64,000 nucleotides of DNA from NCBI GenBank assembly GCA_963845185.1, contig CAWJRG010000010.1:1-64000 (forward strand), in the 5' to 3' direction. The stretch's first letter is position 1, and each line of letters starts with the position of its first letter. A program made the translations under genes and the position numbers. This document shows, piece by piece, positions 59,706 through 64,000 of the stretch. A model generated the notes under the pieces. It saw nothing but the letters and a program-made list of their open reading frames with translations. It was not told where the DNA came from and did not search any database. The DNA comes from an uncultured bacterium (GTDB taxonomy: Bacteria > Oederibacteriota > PGYV01 > CAWJRG01).

Positions 59706-59718
59706 GTTTTCACCTCGT

Positions 59719-60267
59719 TTAATATTTTGAGATCGTAAGGCCGTATTTATTGTCTTTTCTTTTTCTTATAAGGCATATTTTATTGAAATCAACGTTGTAA
59801 AAAAGCAGTATTTTCTCCTTTGAAATTTCGATTTCAGCCATTGCTTCCTCTGTATTCATGGGTTTTGCAGCTTCTATATCCTCCTCGACAATTTCGCTGT
59901 GTTTTTCCCCTTTGTAATCGCTTATCGAGGACAGGTTTTCAAATGCTATGTCCGCCTTTTTATTTTTCCCTTTTTCCGCATTCATTATTTTATCTTTAGT
60001 CTTTTTAATCTGGCTCATAAGCTTGTCTTCAAGCATGTCAATTGAAGAATACATATCCTTTGTTTCCACCTTAGCGCTGAATTTATGCCATTTGGACATG
60101 AGATTCGCTTCGGCAATATGCCGGTATTTTTCCACGGTTATTATGACATGCAATTCCCCATTTTCCTTGAAATCAAAGTAATTTTCTATCTTTTTCAGCC
60201 TTTTATTTGCATAATCCTTTATGCCTTCGGTTAAATCAACATGCCTGCCTGTTATATAAAATTCCAT
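59719..60267 (-). CDS. hpf: Long ribosome hibernation promoting factor (HPF/RaiA)
   Basis: ITGRHVDLTEGIKDY, DMYSSID, KPMNTEEA C-domain; GGAGG SD at 60278-60282. Confidence 0.92.
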   Translation of the reverse strand: MEFYITGRHVDLTEGIKDYANKRLKKIENYFDFKENGELHVIITVEKYRHIAEANLMSKWHKFSAKVETKDMYSSIDMLEDKLMSQIKKTKDKIMNAEKGKNKKADIAFENLSSISDYKGEKHSEIVEEDIEAAKPMNTEEAMAEIEISKEKILLFYNVDFNKICLIRKRKDNKYGLTISKY

Positions 60268-60277
60268 TATCTTTATT

Positions 60278-60383
60278 CCTCCTAAGCAAGAGTTTATTTT
60301 GCAAACCCGTGGGTGTAGCAAAATATTACTCTTGCTTACACCCGTTCCAGTCCGAAGCCGTAAGGCTGAGGACAAGCGGTGTC
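60278..60383 (-). ncRNA. Candidate cis-regulatory structured RNA (riboswitch-like), copy 2
   Basis: Homologous to 21504-21605 with compensatory changes; ends at the hpf SD. Confidence 0.72.
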
Positions 60384-60471
60384 TATGGTGTCAGTGCCTT
60401 TTATCTTGTGGTTTTAAGCGTAAATATCAATAAAAACAATATATTCTTAATGTTCTTAATCAATATTCTTA

Positions 60472-60500
60472 AAATTAACACATAATATTTATTATGTCAA
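60472..60500 (-). promoter_or_regulatory. Sigma70 promoter of the hpf/PTS operon
   Basis: TTGACA-N17-TAATTT with extended TG; TTAAGAA direct repeats just downstream (60444-60472). Confidence 0.55.
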
Positions 60501-60644
60501 TTATTTTAAACCTGAAGATTATGTGCCTAAAAATATTCTTTATTTTTTTTTACATTAAAACTCCGTAATTTACAGAGAAACTCCATAGTAATCCGGTTTC
60601 AGACAAAATTATGCTGCAGTCTTACTGGAGCCCCACGGGCAAAC

Positions 60645-62272
60645 AGACTGTGTCATAAGTCTCCGTCCACAGCTGATTGCCGTAGGTAAATTAAAAAATC
60701 TACAAAATATCCTGTTTTATACAAAAAACCTGCGTGGCCCGATGTTTCTTGCTATCCAAGCTGCGCAATCAACTCCCTGACACCTACAATGCTTATCATT
60801 CGAGCCATATTGAAACAACTTGTGAACAACGCCATCTCAGCTCTTGCTCCTTCAAGCCCTCGCAGCAGAAACCCGCTTACTCCAAGATTTCTTTTAATAT
60901 GTCCGAACGGCAACTCTGCTTTCTCTTTTCTCAACTTGAAAATATCCTGCGATTCTTTTGTTTTATATTTTTCTTCAAGCAATATTTTTAGTTCTTCGTT
61001 TTTTAGCCTCTTTATCATTCTGCCCTTCGGAGACCGGGTGCATACTCCAAAGTTTTTACATTCTATACAAGCCTTTTCTTCAGTAGACCTATATACTTCA
61101 AGATTCTTTTTTTTATCAAAACTATGCCATGTCAATATCTGTCCTTCGGGACAAGTGTAGGTATCTTTCTCTGAATCGTATTGGAATTTATCTTTCCCAA
61201 ACGGCCCGATGTCTTTTTTCTCTACCTGTTCCTGAGAAGGTACTATTACATTTATGTCTTTGTCGTGTATCTTTTTCATTTCTTCTATGCTGGCATATCC
61301 GGCATCCCCACACGCATTTTTGCATTTGTTTTCAACTGTTTTCGCCGCTTCTTCAATCTGACTCCCGAATTGCTTGCGGTCATTGCTTTCGTTTACTACG
61401 TCGCTATGCACTATCAGTCCGTGTCTTTCATCTACCACTATCTGCCCGTTATATCCCGCATGCGTTCCCTGACGCCCTTTTACTTTCACGCATTCCTTGT
61501 CTGTCGTATTTATCGACTTTTTCCCCTCGTTCCTTATTTCTTCCATTACCTCTTTTATCTTTGCTTTTAATTTCTCTTTGCCTCTTAATTTTTCCTTCAT
61601 CTTTACCAGTGATTCAGCGCCGCTTTCTTCCTCGTCTATCTTTTCGCTCTCCTTTATTATCGCTTCTATGTTTTCTTCTATCTTCTTTATCCTTTTTTCA
61701 CACCGCTCCATTGTCCATGTGTTATTTATCGACGCGTTCGCCCTTATCTTGCTCCCGTCTACAAATAGCGTGTTTCCTTCTATCAATCCCAGTTTCATAC
61801 ACATCTTTGCGCTTTGTTTCATCACGTTTTTCAACATTTCCCGGTTGTCTTTTCGAAACCTTGCTATTGTTTTATGATCCGGCTTCAATCCTCCCAGCAG
61901 CCACATAAAAGACACATTATGATGCGTCGCTCTTTCCAGTTTTCTCGAACTTCGTGTCCCGTATGAATATCCGTATACCAGCAATTTTATCATAGCCTCA
62001 GGGTCGTATTCCGAATTTCCCATTTGCGTTTCATCTATTACTATCCCAAGTTCTTCCATTTTCAACGCCTTTACGAACGCGTCGTACGCCCTTACAGGAT
62101 CATCTTCCCCTACATATTCTTCTATGCTCTGCGGAAACATTGTCAACTGACTTCGGTCTCCATATCGGTATGCCATTTTTGTCTCCTTTTCTGATGTGTT
62201 TTCTGGAGACATTATACCATTTTTTATCTGTCAAATATCGTTTCAGACTACAAAAACATTATGACACAGTCT
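60645..62272 (-). mobile_element. IS1182-family insertion sequence
   Basis: Terminal IRs AGACTGTGTCATAA / TTATGACACAGTCT enclosing one transposase; exact ends uncertain because the flanks are also palindromic. Confidence 0.88.
60752..62176 (-). CDS. IS1182-family DDE transposase
   Basis: YDPEAMIKLLVYGY, SSRKLE, PDHKTIARFR, VDGSKIRANAS, GDAGY, YTCPEG, AELPFGHIK. Confidence 0.95.
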   Translation of the reverse strand: MAYRYGDRSQLTMFPQSIEEYVGEDDPVRAYDAFVKALKMEELGIVIDETQMGNSEYDPEAMIKLLVYGYSYGTRSSRKLERATHHNVSFMWLLGGLKPDHKTIARFRKDNREMLKNVMKQSAKMCMKLGLIEGNTLFVDGSKIRANASINNTWTMERCEKRIKKIEENIEAIIKESEKIDEEESGAESLVKMKEKLRGKEKLKAKIKEVMEEIRNEGKKSINTTDKECVKVKGRQGTHAGYNGQIVVDERHGLIVHSDVVNESNDRKQFGSQIEEAAKTVENKCKNACGDAGYASIEEMKKIHDKDINVIVPSQEQVEKKDIGPFGKDKFQYDSEKDTYTCPEGQILTWHSFDKKKNLEVYRSTEEKACIECKNFGVCTRSPKGRMIKRLKNEELKILLEEKYKTKESQDIFKLRKEKAELPFGHIKRNLGVSGFLLRGLEGARAEMALFTSCFNMARMISIVGVRELIAQLG

Positions 62273-62374
62273 GTTTGCCCGTGGTACCAGTTAACAACAC
62301 ACGGCTCGACATCGTCTCGCCGTGAAGTACTAACTAAATACACTGTTGCTCTCGAATACATATAATATGCGACG

Positions 62375-62434
62375 TCCACCGAAGCAGAACGCATTCAACC
62401 ATGTGCATAGCACGTGGTGTTCTGCGCAGGTGGA
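62375..62434. repeat. REP-like nested hairpin downstream of the VIT1 gene
   Basis: TCCACC-GAA-GCAGAAC..GTTCTGC-GCA-GGTGGA with inner CCATGTGC/GCACGTGG stem. Confidence 0.6.
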
Positions 62435-62448
62435 TAAAATATGAATTT

Positions 62449-63306
62449 TTATATTTGTATATTCAGGAATTTCCTTGCCGCTATGCCGATAAAAAAAGCT
62501 ATAAAACTTACCCCAAGGCATATAAAAATCATTTCCAGGAATATGTGCTTAAATCTTGACTCCTGCACCACCGAAACAAAGAACGAGAAGAAAATTATCA
62601 CGAGCAACACGCCAATCAGCATGAATCCCAGCGCAAAATAGCAATTATTAACCAAAAAATATGGCACTACAAGTATAAGCACCACTATAAGGTAGATAAT
62701 CCCGGTATAAAACGCGGCTTTAAACGGACTCCTGCCCGTATCCTTGCCCTCGGATTTCTGCGACAAATACTCGGCTGCTGACATTGAACACGCTCCGGCA
62801 ATGCCTGTAATAAACCCTGCTGCGCCTATTACTTTTGTATGCTGCAGGGCGAACGTGAATCCAGCCAGCGCCCCTGTGAGTTCTACTATGGCGTCGTTTA
62901 TGCCGAGGACCATAGAGCTTATATATGCCAGCTTTTCCTCTTCAATCATGGCGAGCATGGCGGTTTCATGCCTGTCTTCGTCCTTGATTACCGCGTCGAT
63001 ATTCTTAATAGTACCCTTTAATTTCGAGTAAACGTCCTGCGCGTCTGCTTCGCCGTTTTCCATAAGTTTTGCGGCAAATGTTATGCCGAAAATCCTTCCT
63101 GTCAAAGACAGCAGGAAAATTTTTATCCGGTCAGGCTTCACGTCAACCCCTGAATATTTTCTAAAAAACAGGTAGTGCCTCATCTCGTCGCCTGCGATTT
63201 TTTCAAGGACTTTCCTGTTCTTATCCTTGACTGTCCTTGCAAGATTCATGTAAACGTGATGTTCGGTTATTTCATTTTTCTGGCATTTTAAAACTATATT
63301 GTCCAT
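62449..63306 (-). CDS. VIT1/CCC1 transporter with N-terminal ferritin/rubrerythrin-like domain
   Basis: DEMRH and DEDRH ExxH motifs; VLGINDAIVE, SMSAAEYLS. Confidence 0.9.
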   Translation of the reverse strand: MDNIVLKCQKNEITEHHVYMNLARTVKDKNRKVLEKIAGDEMRHYLFFRKYSGVDVKPDRIKIFLLSLTGRIFGITFAAKLMENGEADAQDVYSKLKGTIKNIDAVIKDEDRHETAMLAMIEEEKLAYISSMVLGINDAIVELTGALAGFTFALQHTKVIGAAGFITGIAGACSMSAAEYLSQKSEGKDTGRSPFKAAFYTGIIYLIVVLILVVPYFLVNNCYFALGFMLIGVLLVIIFFSFFVSVVQESRFKHIFLEMIFICLGVSFIAFFIGIAARKFLNIQI

Positions 63307-63324
63307 GGATGGTCCTTTCCAAAG

Positions 63325-64000
63325 TTATGGTATATATACCCTTACATAATCAACGTACATTACCTGGGGGAACGAAGTGGTGGCATCCGGGCTGCCGGGC
63401 CAGTTGCCTCCTGCGGCAACATTCAGCAAAAAGAAAAAAGAATTGTTATATTTCCATGCACCGCTTGCTTCCTGGCTGGATTTTACGGTTTCGTAAAGGT
63501 TGCCGTCCACATAAAACTGGATCTCTCCAGCCTGCCACAATACGCCAAAAACATGGTAATCGTTATGAAACAACTGGCCTCCCGGAAGCGTATATGTATT
63601 TGACCAGTCTGTTCCGTCATGCAAAGAGCCGTGGTTTATTGGCTGGTCAGCGGTATTGCCTATATTTTCCATTATATCTATTTCCCCGCAGGCTGGCCAC
63701 CCGGCACTGTTAATGTCTGTTCCAAGCATCCAGAAAGCCGGCCATATTCCCTGCCCAAAAGGCAGGCGTATGCGGGCAACCATGTAACCGTACTGGAAAC
63801 TCTGCAGCCCCAGTGTCTGCAGCCTCGCGGAAGTATACCTTCCCACTGTGCTGTAGTTGGGGTTTCCGGGCATAGTGTCAATTACAGTAATGGCCAGTGC
63901 CCTTCCGTCAATCGCATTCGAGTCCGATACAATCTGCGCGTTTGTCGTGCTGTTTGTGTAATTCTCGAGCTCATTGTTTCCCCATCCGCCGTCCCCTGTT
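63325..64000 (-). CDS. GH16 beta-glucanase (laminarinase-like), 5'-partial
   Basis: YTSARL, GIWPAFW, GEIDIMEN (ExDxxE), VDYVRVY; the frame continues past the window edge (GWGNNELE). Confidence 0.9.
   Translation of the reverse strand, partial: TGDGGWGNNELENYTNSTTNAQIVSDSNAIDGRALAITVIDTMPGNPNYSTVGRYTSARLQTLGLQSFQYGYMVARIRLPFGQGIWPAFWMLGTDINSAGWPACGEIDIMENIGNTADQPINHGSLHDGTDWSNTYTLPGGQLFHNDYHVFGVLWQAGEIQFYVDGNLYETVKSSQEASGAWKYNNSFFFLLNVAAGGNWPGSPDATTSFPQVMYVDYVRVYIP

Noticed and set aside
60278..60383. Assignment to the known raiA motif, c-di-GMP-I or ykkC riboswitches
   Set aside because: Much shorter than the raiA motif and lacking the diagnostic sequences of these classes as I recall them; an Rfam search is needed to confirm.
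61129..61908. 259-aa plus-strand ORF inside the IS, and similar long antisense ORFs over polC, ptsI and the activator gene
   Set aside because: Antisense shadows of well-supported genes with no motifs of their own.

Overview
Two DNA sources appear to be joined here. Bases 1-~2388 are GC-rich and full of frameshifts (queD, an FmdB-type zinc-ribbon gene, a truncated glycoside-hydrolase-like gene). They abut, mid-gene on both sides, an AT-rich bacterial chromosome segment, so the join is probably an assembly or read chimera. The AT-rich part fits a diderm polysaccharide degrader; Thr/Pro-rich CAZymes with T9SS-like C-terminal domains, a PorV-like gene and PolC suggest a Goldbacteria/Firestonebacteria-like lineage (inference only). 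It contains large secreted CAZymes (GH30-CBM3, a CBM9-like protein, DUF5060/GH5-like, a 2509-aa GH8-like protein with a ~900-aa Thr-alternating tract, GH16), two LacI regulators with visible operators, a PorV/TPR-PP2C-STAS-RsbW operon, marR-emrAB, a NifA-like activator divergent from a sigma54-driven glnA-amtB-glnK operon, an exonuclease-less PolC, an hpf-ptsN-hprK-yvcK-EIIABCD(Man)-ptsH-ptsI-galU operon and an IS1182 sitting in a palindrome. The top novel candidate is a ~100-nt structured RNA element present twice, in the 5' leaders of the sugar-binding lipoprotein gene (21504-21605) and of hpf/raiA (60278-60383). It has a conserved core and mutually exclusive helices with compensatory base changes, one ending at the Shine-Dalgarno, i.e. 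a riboswitch-like translational switch that matches no family I recognise. No tRNA, rRNA or CRISPR array was seen.
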